From NCBI RefSeq assembly GCF_000315625.1, contig NW_005434534.1, forward strand, positions 133,645 to 171,538: DNA of 37,894 nucleotides, read 5' to 3'. Both the position numbers and the translations under genes were made by a program. This document shows, one piece after another, positions 21,709-33,400 of this stretch. How positions within the stretch are numbered: the stretch's first letter is position 1; each line of letters begins with the position of its first letter. This DNA is from Guillardia theta CCMP2712 (Eukaryota > Protista > Cryptophyta). Under the pieces are notes generated by a model, which did not search any database, was not told the DNA's origin, and saw only the letters and a list, made by a program, of their open reading frames with translations.

Positions 21709-24553
21709 CGAGCCGGGGAAACAAGGAAAGTCTTCTTGTCGGAGCTTGACGACACGGGATAGCTGACCAGCAGCGTACAAGGGAATTGTCAACTGACAGC
21801 GAGAGCAGGCAGGTTGTACACGCTCAACGTTGAGAAGTCAAGTGAGAGCAGGATGTGTTATGGGAGGGAGGGGAGGAGAAGGAGGGGAAGGAGAGCGAGT
21901 TGTCGTGTCTCATTGAAGTTGTCGCAGGCTGCCAGGTGCTTGAGATGGAACTTTCGATCATCGGCGGGTCTGATAACGCTGTCAATGCTTTGCATGACAC
22001 ATTTTAGGTTTCTACGAAGTCGCCAAGTTGCTCGACGATCGCACCAGCTGGGAAGAAAAATCAGCGAGCTGGAAGCGCCGAAGTCTTCAGAGAGAGTACT
22101 CTCCAAGAAGGCAGCAGCTGGAGCGTATAAGAGCTCTGCGAAGGCGAGCTCAAACCTCCGCAGGAAGGAATCTTATTGAACAGGAGTGGGCAGCAACAGA
22201 GCTATGGTCTTCTCTTACAGCCACGAGTGCAGCAAGGGTTCTAAGAGCTACTGGACCTCTGGAGCACAACCCCTGTTGGGCGACAGAGTGTGCAAAGTAC
22301 GGGTGGTACCTCCTACCCCCTGTACTGGTACGATTGGCTGAACCTCGAGGAGGAGCAGGCAGCAGATCTAAGCGGACGCACGAGGGATGCTCGCTCGTGC
22401 GTGAGCCTCACCACCCCTGGTGGTTCCCCTCTACTGTAAAAGGATCGTCAACAACTGCTCAGGTGGTCTGTCCTTTCCTTTGCTGTTTATGCCATGAATG
22501 GACAGTGTATTTGTGTTGTCAAATAAACTTCACATCTCTACTCTTCACCTTTGTGTGTGGTCCAGCAGAGGTGCTTTGAGGATGACACCTTTATGGACGG
22601 CACAAATATTTTCCTGGGAATTGGCCGCGTGCTTCACAGCACAGACCTGACGACTAGCATGGCCAGTACGTGGGGGAGTGTAACCACCATCAGCTGCGGG
22701 CTGATGGAGACAGTCCTTGAAATGTCCATGTTGTAGGTGCTTTGTGATCATGGTTTACCCAGCTAATCTCGACGCAAATTTGAGGAGGGTTACAGATCAA
22801 ATAAAGACATCTATGATATCATTGTCTTACCTACCTTCACATTCTCCCGCTCAAGGCTTTTCTTCCCGTTATTGCCTGCACTGGTTGCCACCTACAAAAT
22901 GAGACGCTGAAGGTTTTCTGTATTGGTTGGCAGTGCTAGCCGCGAACAAAAAAACAACTACCCTGGATAGTCTGGCAGCCTCTCAAAACTTGAAATGAAG
23001 TTCCAGGTGATCTGAGCCCTGTGAAAGCATTTGGGGACAGGATCTCCTGTCATTTCGAGGCTTCCGTGTCCTGTGTAGCCTTCATTTCTGGCGCCATTTG
23101 TTTTGGTGCGGATCCTGCCGTAAGTAAACAAAAATACTCGGCAGCCGGCCATTCCGTAGTCACCGGGGCCCGGCTTGTCGGAAAATGAAAATATGAATTT
23201 TTCTCTCTGAGATTTGAAATTTATATTAATATCCTAAACTTTACCATGTGCACCTTTTAATTCAAAAATGAAATCTCATGTTGACCGTGCCCTGTCCCTC
23301 CGACCCCAAGGGGGTGATCGTGACATCTACCCCCACCCCTTGTCGTCTACACCCCACCACCCATTCAATGGTTCTTAACCACTAGTAAACCTCCTATTAC
23401 AGACCCCTGTTCGGGTTACCCCACCCATATGTCTAGTTGTTTGTCCCGTCGATCATCATACCCCACCCTATCTTGAACCTCCTCCGTCGTCGGTAGGCAT
23501 ATATCTGGGTCGAATGGACCACCCCACCCCTTGTAGAAATACTGCCCACTCCTACCCCCAGTCCCCAGAAGGACCCTGGCTTGTGTCACAGTCATGCACA
23601 CCACCCCTTTACCACCCCACGGACATCAACATAATCCGGGAAAACACTGGGGTGTGAGGTATTGGGGTGGGTGTACCTCATTTACCACAAATGTACCCCA
23701 ATTCCTATGGCCTCGACACTATTCAGATCTAGGACCATTTCCCATAGGGAACAACAGTACCACCACCCCAGTGGATACCACAGAACCACCCGTACCTGTA
23801 CAAAAATATCTATCTGGCAAGAGGCTGGGCAACCAGATATACACGACTACCCCTCAACTCCCCCAGGCGAAGACCTTGAATTGACGGGTACCACTGGGGG
23901 GTACCTGGACAGAGTTTGCCCCTATCACTATGACTATGACTACCCCACCCTCCCGTACGGATTGGTACCCTACCACCCACCAACCTAGAAGCTGATTGCT
24001 TTATCTTTGTACCACCCCTCCACATGTCTTATATATGCCCAGTTGCAGACCCTACCCACCACGAGTTTGCTCCTTTCTTTGGTAAAAACTGTACCCTCCC
24101 CTACCCCCACCCCCCCTACAGCCATCTATGGCTACCCACCCATAATTGTAACCACCACACGTAGGAGGCTGAGGGGCTCCACCCCCTAAACTCAATACGC
24201 CCTCCCTCCCTCCCTCCCTCCCTACCCCTGCTTCCGGTCAACAGCTTATTGCCGCCTTCTTGGCTTCAACCCTTTGATCCTCCTCCTCCTCCTCCTCCTC
24301 CTCCTCCTCCCTTTCCTGCGAAGGCACCTACTCAGGCTTCTCTTCCTCCTTCCTTCCTCTCCCCGTCTTTTCTCACGTGCTAGATTCCTTCAACCTCACC
24401 CCCCCCCCCCCCACAAATATCCGCATCAGCATTACCGTGACAGCTCGCCGCACAAGAGTTGTCTGGTGTCCTTCCGCTAAAGGGAGCTGAAAAAGAGTAT
24501 TTGGGCTGATTTTTAATCGAAGATACCGTGATAGCTTGTCCGAAACAGCGAAG

Positions 24554-25582
24554 ATGGTGAGTTCGGAAGTGGTTGATATGGAGGAGCTCAGGCTAATACT
24601 CAAGGAGATTCGAGCTGTGGAATTCAGAATACACATTGCATCAGCTATATTCATGGTGATTTTTGTCCTTTGGGGCGTGCTGCTCCTGTGCATGTCTGCC
24701 AAGGTGACTCGTAGAAGGGACTCCCTAAGACGGCTCTCGTTGATGGGCAAGAAGATCTTGAGTTATGTCGATATCAACGGGAGGAGGAAAAGTGTCGAAG
24801 GAGATGTAGGGTCCGTGAGCAACACGGATATGGGCATGCCAAAGGGGCGGAGGGTGAGCACTGAGGGGATTCCAATCGGCAACACGGATATGGGCATGCC
24901 AAAGGGGCGGAGGGTGAGTACTGAGGGGATTCCAATCGACGTCAGGAACAACCTGTCTGGGAGCAAGAGCTTTCTGGTGGAGCGGGTGCCCTCCGGCGAC
25001 AAAGCGAGGGCGGGCGGAGGGTTTGAAAGGACGTCTTCCCTGGACCGTTCAAGACCTGCCCCTCAAGCTCCGTCGGGATTTGAACGAGCTGCGTCGAGTG
25101 AAAGGAGCAGCAAGAGCAGTGGCTCCCGATACTGGGCACACGTCATCGCCAAGGAGAACAACTCACGTTCTCCGGAGCCAGTTGCAACACCATCGATGCA
25201 CCGCTCGATGGGAAACCTCAAGGTGTCGAAGTCCTCGGAGTCTCTGCTAACCCTCGCACAGCAGAGCCAGATGAAGGTGCTCGGGTCGTCGTCGCAGGAG
25301 AACTTGTTTCAAGACCTGAGGAGCGACTTGAACACCGACGGCCCTGAGTCAAAACTTCTACTGCAGGAGAAGATGGCATACAGCGACGAGGAGCTTAACG
25401 GCCCCAACTCTGACGAGGTCTCGGATGCCTCCGATCCCGATGAGAGCAGGAAGCATCTCGCTCCTTTCCAACGCAAACCGTACAGGAAGAGGGACAAGTC
25501 GAAGATTATCATCACCCAGGGCATCACCGTATCCGGCCCGTCAAGAAAGTTGGGCGAGGTCGTTCAGCTACCTGAGATCTGA
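24554..25582 (+). CDS. Intronless single-pass membrane protein with a long Ser/Arg-rich disordered tail
   Basis: ATG 24554; TM segment IASAIFMVIFVLWGVLLLCM followed by a basic stop-transfer; continuous ~342-aa ORF; in-frame 60-bp duplication. Confidence 0.75.
   Translation: MVSSEVVDMEELRLILKEIRAVEFRIHIASAIFMVIFVLWGVLLLCMSAKVTRRRDSLRRLSLMGKKILSYVDINGRRKSVEGDVGSVSNTDMGMPKGRRVSTEGIPIGNTDMGMPKGRRVSTEGIPIDVRNNLSGSKSFLVERVPSGDKARAGGGFERTSSLDRSRPAPQAPSGFERAASSERSSKSSGSRYWAHVIAKENNSRSPEPVATPSMHRSMGNLKVSKSSESLLTLAQQSQMKVLGSSSQENLFQDLRSDLNTDGPESKLLLQEKMAYSDEELNGPNSDEVSDASDPDESRKHLAPFQRKPYRKRDKSKIIITQGITVSGPSRKLGEVVQLPEI
24819..24938 (+). repeat. In-frame 60-bp tandem duplication (NTDMGMPKGRRVSTEGIPI x2)
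   Basis: Two copies that differ at one synonymous position (AGC/AGT). Confidence 0.95.
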
Positions 25583-25786
25583 GCTCAGCACATGGATGAA
25601 CCAGTCGGCGCTGCATCAAGCGAGACTCTCGCAGCACAATGACGACGTGAAGCAACGGAGGGAGGGAGGGAAGGAGGTCTTCAGTGTAATTTACGATAAC
25701 GTGAACATTTTCCGTAAAGCCCAAGGGTTGTTCCTGTGTTCGTCATATTCTTACATCAACTACGTTCACGCGATGCCAAATCATGT

Positions 25787-27376
25787 TCAGAATCCCTTAA
25801 AGAACCAAGAATCCATCATGCTGCCCTGCTGCTCCTGCCCCCTGCTCTCCATGCTCACAGCCCCGGAGGAGCCCGACCATCCATCCTGAGCTCGACCATT
25901 CGCAGGCGTGCTGCTGGCACAGTGCGGCAACATGAGCCAAGAGAGAGGAACGAACAATGGGCACTCACTACTGACTCTTGACTGAGGATTGGAGGTAGGG
26001 TTGTGAAGAAAGTCTCTGGTTGCTGCGGAGATCCGGAGTTGCTGCAGGAGAACAAGTGAGTATGAGGTGTTGCGTCCATAGTGCAGGAGTTCGGACCGTA
26101 GATGCTGGTATCCGGGCTCCGCAACATCTGTGATGTCGACATTAGCTAGGGCACAAGATAGGGCGGAAGAGGAAAAGGACAAGGAGTTGAGGATATGAAG
26201 ACGCAGATTGAGCGGTTCGACGAGCGCAGCGAGACAGAAAAAGGAAAGGCCGAGGAAGGGCCGGGACTCACCTGACTCCCATCGACTCTTGTCAACTTGA
26301 CAGTGAATTGATATCCATCGCGAGACAGGCTTAGGCTGCATGAGCTACCTTCAGGGCCCAGGGTGTGCTGTTGGCAGCCGTTTGTCAGATGAGCGGTGGA
26401 AGGCAACCAGCAAGAGAACACGTACGTTGATGAGGGTCTTGAGGTTGAGCCCGTTTGCAATGACGTCCATCCCATCAATCCCAATGATCGTGTCGTTCAC
26501 CCGGATCTGCCCATTGCGAGAGGCTGCGAATCCCTCGACGATGTCCGCAACGTAGATGCGGCCATCGACAGTCTCTTCTAGGCCGAGCCCGAGGCCGATC
26601 TGAGGAAGACAACAGTTAGCTCCTTGCAGATGCAGCAGAGTGAAGTAGCTACATGACGAGGAGGAGCGGGAGGATCCTGCAAACAGCTCGTGAGACACTG
26701 TGGGACTGTGAGGAACACAAGGAACGCACCCTCTCAACGATCTTCTCAACTTCTTTGACAATGACCTGTAGCGCTCTGCTCAGCGTCCTCGACCCGGAGG
26801 CGAGTGCCCACCTTCTCGACGATCTTCTCGACTGGTACCTCACGAATGACTATCTTCTCGACCGGGACGGGAACCTGCAGAGCGGGGACGTTGTCAGGAG
26901 GTTGTGGAGATGGGGGCCAGTGCGAAAACCTCGATCATCTCCTTGACGATCCTTTCCACTGGCACCTCGATGTATCTATCCACAACTCGCTCCACCACCT
27001 TGACTTGGGGGACGGGGACTAGGATCTCCTTGACGATGATCTGGTTCTGATACTTGGCATTGATCAGGTCCTCCAGCCGCTTCGACAGCGCCTCTGACTG
27101 CGCCTTTGCATACGAGCAGTCCGTGCATGGCTTCGGCGGCAGCTGCGGCATCCTGGTCACGTACGAGGTGAAGGACCTGTCGACGGTGAAGCTGTCGCTG
27201 AACAGACCCCCGAAGGTCCCGCTCTGAGGACTCATCACGTAGCCCTCTGCCGCCGATTCGCTGGCAACGACGCGTTGCACGCAGTCGCCCTGCCTCTCAT
27301 GCGCGTCCACGGCCTCGAACTCCCCGGAGAACCCACAGCTGTACTTGCAGGTGAAGAACTCGGAGTTACCCTGCAT
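25787..27376 (-). CDS. Epiplastin/articulin-like protein: N-terminal Cys/His zinc-finger-like motif, VPV/VEK repeats, PDZ domain
   Basis: FTCKYSCGFSGEFEAVDAHERQGDC; VPVPQVKVVERVVDRYIEVPVERIVKE, VPVPVEKIVIREVPVEKIVEK and VIVKEVEKIVER on short exons; PDZ IGLGLGLEETVDGRIYVADIVEGFAASRNGQIRVNDTIIGIDG...LGPEGSSCSLSLSRDG. The 3' end is approximate. Confidence 0.82.
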
Positions 27377-28865
27377 GCAACAAGCTCACGGTCAGCGAGG
27401 GAGGCCTGAGACCATAATTGTCTGCTGCCATACATTCTGATGGAGAAGCATGGGAGAGCTGGCGGAGGTGGCAGAGGTGGCGGTGAGAGGAATTATTATG
27501 GGGGATCCGGAGGAATTGACCTGCTCTTGGCTGTAGCCTGATCCAGCACCAAAAGCAGAGTTCTAAGGTAAGGGTCAGTAAAAAGAGAGCAATGAGACGA
27601 GGAGAGCGTGAAACAGACAGCTAGGCACTTTGTTCCGAGTTGGAACATGGTTGTTCAGCGTTCAATGGGTTTGATGGGAATGAAGACGGGAATGGTCTTG
27701 AGAGAGAGTCATTTGCACAACATGAGGTACAAGATGGTGCGGTCAGACTATATTGGGCTTTCAAACTGATTGGAGACAAGACGATCATGTCCGACGACTT
27801 GTCGGAGGAGGGAAGGGAAGGGAGGGAGGAGGGAGGAGGGAGGAGGGAGATCATACGCATGGCCTCACTTTTTGCGCTTCTGTCGCCTCCTCCAGCATCT
27901 CGTCAAGCAGGTTCTTCCCTGCCGCCTCTGCCATGGCTGCCGAGGATGTCGCCGAAGATGACCCGTGGGAAATTGTGGGGTAGGGCTACATTGGATTTGG
28001 AGGGTGGGGTCAAATGTGACCGAGATTTACGTGGGTAGTCTGTTATAGTTTGAGTAGGTAGGGGTCTAGAGGCTGGGGTGGGCAATCAAAACAAGTGGAA
28101 GTGAACTCTCAGGACTAAGAGATCGGATGAGGAGGTGGGTGGGTAATTCGAGGGGGTGGGGATGATTGAATGTTTATGGATGGGGGTACTTTTAGAAGCA
28201 TATCAAGGGAAAGAAGGGGGTGAGAATGTTTTGGTTTTTCATGACTGTTCTAAGGGTGGGGTCAATCATGAAATTGGAGGGGTAGTGTAAAGAATAGTAA
28301 CGACTCTCAAATTCCGGATCCAACATGTACTGTATTAGCAACCAACGGAGAAACATGGCGAGGCAGGGAGAGAAGAGCAATGGAGTGGAAGGGCAGGCAA
28401 AGGGAGGGATTTGGACTGAGACCGAGGACAGGGACATGTTAGGACAACAGGAGGGAGCGAGGATATTTATACAAGGCGCTATCCTATCATCAAGTGACTT
28501 GAGTCAAAGGAATTTGATAGAGACACGAAATGGAGCAGATGAAAAGAATAGAAAAGAAAGAATCTCTGCTGCTGTGTGATAGGGAACACAAGAGTGAAGT
28601 GACAGCAATGCGATCAAGAAGTGAAGTGTGGAATCAGAGGATGCCAGCCAGTGCCACGGTTTCTTGCCGGCATCGGAGAGGGAAACAAGGAGAGCAGAGG
28701 CAGAGGGAGGAGCACATAGAAGAGTACAAACTTCAAGTAGAAGTCGCAGTCTTTAGAAGTCGCAGTCTTTCAATTAGAAGTTGCAGACTAGAAAGTTCAC
28801 TCCACTTGAGAAAAATTCAGATGCGATCGTAGAAACAATAACAATAGCGCCGCCGCCCACTGGGC

Positions 28866-30190
28866 TCAGATGCCCTTCATGCCGTACCAGGCTCTCATCC
28901 TCTCCCAACACTGCGAAGCATCAAGCGTGAGAGGGCGGGGGCGGGCAAAGAACGACGTACCATGAACTGCACAATGGTGAAGGGACCGAACCGCATCCAT
29001 TGAGCGTTGAATCCCTTGTACAGCGCCATGATCTGCGGGGACGTCAAGAAGGCAGCGAGAGCGAAGTGGGGCCGCGTACCCCATTCTGCTTCACGATTTT
29101 CATGGCGCAGTCTATCATGCCCGTGTACCTGCGAGAGGGAGAGAGAACGGAGAACGGAGAACGGGGAGAGAAGAGGGGGGGGGGGGGGGGGGGGAGGAAG
29201 CCAAGGGACAAAAGAATGTCAGAGGGAGGTTACAGGGCACTTGTTGACTAATACAGCTTCTTGCCGGCTGGCTGATTCATCAATCTTGTCCTTACAAGGT
29301 CTACTGGACTAGTAGTCGCAGCAACCATCACCCCCGCAAACATGCTGCAGCAAAAGTGCAGAGCCTGCAAAGAGACAAGCAGGTCAACAAGCGAGGGAGG
29401 GGGCGAGTTTCAAGAGAATACCATGCCCTCTTGCATGATGTGGTGCTTGAGGAGGTTCTGTTTCAGATCATCGTAAGCTGCGAGCTTGGTCGCGTTCAAA
29501 ATGGCAGCTCGAATCATCGTTGTATGCACGCTCCGATAGAAGGCAGTGAAACCGCCGTCAGCATACACTTCCTTCGCTATCGTCATGAGCCTCTTGGGCT
29601 CGCCCTCGTTGGCCATCATGCGAACTTTGAGAACGTCGGTCGGGTTGGCCAGCCCTGATCCCACGATCCCTGCCGCTGCCCCCGAGGCAAACTTCTTCCA
29701 TATCGGAGTGTGCTTCGCATCACTCTCCCCCAGTACGCGCTTGAACGGCTCATAAAGGCCGAACCTTAGCGACGAGTACGACATCTCCCGGAGCGCGGCT
29801 GCCGACATCCCCTTGTAGAGGCCAAAGAAACCCTCGTTTCTCGCCACCATCGTGGCAGATCCCAGGAATGAGTTGTACGTCTTGTGCGCTGCCGCTCCCA
29901 CCTCCCCTGAGATCTGCAGCCTCGTCTTCACCACCTCCACAGGCTGCGTGCATGTTTGCGCTACGACGCTGGCCAACCCCGCCATCCCCATCCGCGCCAG
30001 GTCGTTCTGAGTCTGCGCCGATATCCATCGTGTCTTGACCTTGCAGGAAATGTTATTGCGAACGTAACAGACGGGGAGCAGTCGAAACCTCCACTGTGAG
30101 CGAGTCTCGATGCCGCAACTCAGGGATCTTGGGGCGCGACTCGGCTGCTGCTTGACGCGTCACCCCATGAAAGAATCCCTCCTGCTCCAT
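28866..30190 (-). CDS. Mitochondrial carrier (SLC25), UCP/oxoglutarate/dicarboxylate carrier clade
   Basis: Three carrier signatures: PVEVVKTRLQ, PTDVLKVRMM and PVDLVRTRLMNQ. Also EGFFGLYKGMSAAALREMSYSSLRFGLYE and YKGFNAQWMRFGPFTIVQF. First exon (ATG 30190, MEQEGFF...) splices in frame via intron 30040-30088. Stop TGA ends at 28866. Confidence 0.93.
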
Positions 30191-30447
30191 CACCTTCAGG
30201 ATCGATTTTCATCCTGAGTTCTTGTGCTCTGTAACGGCCAAACCCTGGGCTGCCAGCAGTCAGACAGCTTCATGCACCGAGCCAAGTGATAAGGTACGAA
30301 TGGTGAACGTCAAGCACTGGTAAGCAGGGTAGAGGCTAGGTGAGGAGAACATTTCGAAAGTGATGACAGATAAGAGAGGTTCGCTCAGAAGCAGCAAATC
30401 GGCAGGTATACCAGAGTGAGGAACGAGCAACATAGGCCGGACAACAT

Positions 30448-30696
30448 CTGAACGAGACGAAATCTCATTTTTGCCACCGGGGGGAGGTGTAGCCATCGAA
30501 AGCACAGAAGCATTGACAATGAACAAGGCCCGGAGTGTATATTGATATGGAAGAAATCTCTGAAAGGATATACAAGGAGGAGGGCACTTCAAAGTGAATG
30601 AGAAGGACAAACAATGTCTGGAATGGAACGGAACGGAACGAGGTGGTGGTCGGAGATGAAAGCTCTGGTAGGAATGCTGGTTCAAAGGAGTACAAG
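30448..30696 (-). pseudogene. Diverged partial duplicate of an internal EEF2KMT segment (copy of 32448-32696)
   Basis: Shared blocks such as GAACGGAACGAGGTGGTGGTCGGAGATGAAAGCTCTGGTAGGAATGCTGGTTCAAAGGA and ACAAGGCCCGGAGTGTATATTG, with small indels. No flanking EEF2KMT exons. Confidence 0.7.
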
Positions 30697-31269
30697 GGCA
30701 AGGACAAGGACGAGGACGAGGAGGACAAGGAGGGAGGACAAGGAAGAGGAGGAGGAGGAGGAGGATAGCAATGAGCTGTGGAGTCGGGCTATAGGATAGG
30801 GTGCGCTGCCATCGTCAGGGGGGGAGGGCACGTGTGGGGGTCCTCCCGCATCAAGTTGATGAATAAGGTTTTGGAAAGGGTAGGGTAGGTGTGGACCTCT
30901 ATTTCTAAGGGGTACTTGGAATTGAATCGTGTGCTGAAGGGGGTTACAATCATTTGGTACCCGTGCAAATACAATATGATTGAGAACAAAAGAGGGGTCT
31001 TTAAACTTTGTACCCACCCGAATAATCGGGCAAATTTTTGATGAGAGTGGGTAGGTAAGATACATGGGTAGGGGTAATTGATTGTCAAACCCCCACCCCT
31101 CTGTTTCTAAAGAAGTCGGAACTCTTGTGGAACAGGACCCCAAACTTCGTCAGGAAAGGTGGGGTGGGGTCCTTGTAAGGGTGATGAACTTGCCATGAAA
31201 TTAAATCCCTAAATTTGTGTTTCAGTTTTCAAACTTGATCAGTCAAGCTTCAAAACTTTGAAGCCTCAC

Positions 31270-31600
31270 ATGGTCCCGGAACGGCGTACCTTGTACCGTA
31301 CCGTACTAGGGCGCCGGGCCGCGTGCCAGTGCGTGCCGGGCCTCCGGGCCGGCCCGAGTCTGCCTGGCATCCGATCCAATGACTTCCGGGCGAAACTCGC
31401 GGCGGCCTGCCAGTCACCGTGGCACCGCGATGGCGGCGACGGTGGCCGACTCTCAGTCTGTGACCCGCCCGTACGCCACCGTCCGCGGGTCCGACCGTGA
31501 GGGGAACCGGCGCCGTCACGGCGGAAAGCGGCGGCGGGCCGGGCCGAGGCTGAGGGCCGCTCTGCGGCATTGCCGAGACGGTCTGGCATTGTGAGGGCCT
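31270..31600. repeat. Very GC-rich intergenic island (CCGG/GGCC/GTACGG motifs), possible dispersed repeat
   Basis: Abrupt compositional shift between AT-rich flanks. Copy number cannot be judged from this window. Confidence 0.35.
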
Positions 31601-31757
31601 CGTTCATTTTTATCCGATCATATTGCACTTAACTTTGAGTAAAGCTCGGGAGCCTGTCATGCTCCCGCGCCCGAGTCCTGAGCAAAGTCAGATATGACAC
31701 GGCCACGGCGGACTCCAAACGTACGCGGCCCCCGACCCCGTACGATCCGCCATCGAC

Positions 31758-33086
31758 TCAGCTGCCGGGCTCGATGCGGTAGAGGTTGACTCGAGCGTCT
31801 TGAAGAAGAGCGTAAGAGCCGAACAAATCTTGTCTCGGCGCTTCCGCCGCCACGTCTTGGAACTGCATGCCAAGTCTTGACATCTCCTCGCACAGGAACG
31901 AGATCATCTCAGGGGAGCGAACGGTAGCGGCAAGATACGCGACAGCAGCCCGACGGTTGAAGAGATAGGAGATCACCTCCAGCAGAGCCTGACCAGGATG
32001 ACAAGTGAGCCGACCTCCTCCTCCTCCCCCNNNNNNNNNNNNNNNNNNNNNNNNNNNNNNNNNNNNNNNNNNNNNNNNNNNNNNNNNNNNNNNNNNNNNN
32101 NNNNNNNNNNNNNNNNNNNNNNNNNNNNNNNNNNNNNNNNNNNNNNNNNNNNNNNNNNNNNNNNNNNNNNNNNNNNNNNNNNNNNNNNNNNNNNNNNNNN
32201 NNNNNNNNNNNNNNNNNNNNNNNNNNNNNNNNNNNNNNNNNNNNNNNNNNNNNNNNNNNNNNNNNNNNNNNNNNNNNNNNNNNNNNNNNNNNNNGTTATA
32301 GGAGGGTAATCCCGAGGCATTTCCAGTCGGAGTCAGGAAAGTTTTGTGCTGTTCCAAATTATCAAGCCGACAGGCGGCTGTAGAGGATCCCCGATGTTCG
32401 GGCAGGCTCATGGATACTTGGCAAGGGCAACACTGCACCGTCGGCACCTGAACGAGTGGAATTCTAAGTCTTGCCGTCGGGTGCTGTTGTTGCCATCGTA
32501 AGCACTCCCCGCAATGGCAGGAGACAAGGCCCGGAGTGTATATTGGCGGGACGAAGTTTCTGAAGGGATATCCAGGGAGGAGGGCAATTCAAAGTGAATG
32601 AGAAGAAGAAGCAATGTGAGGAATCGAACGGAACGGAACGAGGTGGTGGTCGGAGATGAAAGCTCTGGTAGGAATGCTGGTTCAAAGGATTACAAGTGCG
32701 CGGGGGGGGACGAGAACGAGAAGGAGGTCAAGGAGGACGAGGAGAAGGGGGAGGACCATCAAGTCATCATCAAACTCGGTTCCTCCGCTTTCTGCATGCT
32801 CAGGTCATGCCAGAGAGACGAGCACAAGCCAGGTGGATCACTTTCGATCATGTCGACGTACATTCCTGGAGAGAGAGAGCAATGTCAGGGGCAGAACGTG
32901 AAGATAAGAGCAAGTCGGGACGTCACTCACGCAAGATCTTTGACGTGTATTCTCTTTGCGGTGGGAACTCTGTGGGTAGCAAGAGGAAAGGAGGGAGATT
33001 AGGGAGAGATGGAAGAGTACGAGGAATGGAGGTAGGCGAAGGAGAAGGCAAGCAAGAGGGTGGAGAGAGGCAGGGAGGCAGGCAGG

Positions 33087-33122
<36 letters not shown>

Positions 33123-33400
33123 CACGGAAAGGAGGAAGAGAGTCAGCAAGGCAGGAGAGGCAGAAATCCAGTCACTTTTGGCCGTCGGATGCTCCAGGAC
33201 CTGACGAACAAACTGCTGTTGGAAGGAGAGGGTGTGCCTGCGTCATGCACGCGGCGTCAGCGGAGCATGCGTGCTAGGGAACCACCGCACCAGGATGCAT
33301 GGCCGCGGATCCTCGACAGAAGGAGGTTTGGAGGGCCCATGGAGAGGTAGAGCCTCAGGAGCGCGACCATGCAGGCGGGTGTTCCCTGCGCGTTGCTCAT
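31758..33400 (-). CDS. EEF2KMT: Protein-lysine methyltransferase EEF2KMT/FAM86A/Efm3-like (FAM86 N-terminal domain + methyltransferase_16), interrupted by an assembly gap
   Basis: Exons give LLRLYLSMGP, FQQQFVRQVLEHPTAKKFPPQREYTSKIL, GTEFDDDLM (FAM86 domain), VGLIIWNS and C-terminal AVAYLAATVRSPEMISFLCEEMSRLGMQF. The SAM-binding motif I is not visible and probably lies in the gap at 32031-32294. Confidence 0.72.

Noticed and set aside
22545-23152. Short minus-strand ORFs downstream of an AT-rich patch
   Set aside because: I could not build a coherent spliced protein or find any motif.
30448-32696. LTR pair with an exact 2000-bp offset
   Set aside because: There are no TG...CA termini, primer-binding site or gag/pol. 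One copy lies inside EEF2KMT, and the round offset depends on an estimated gap length.
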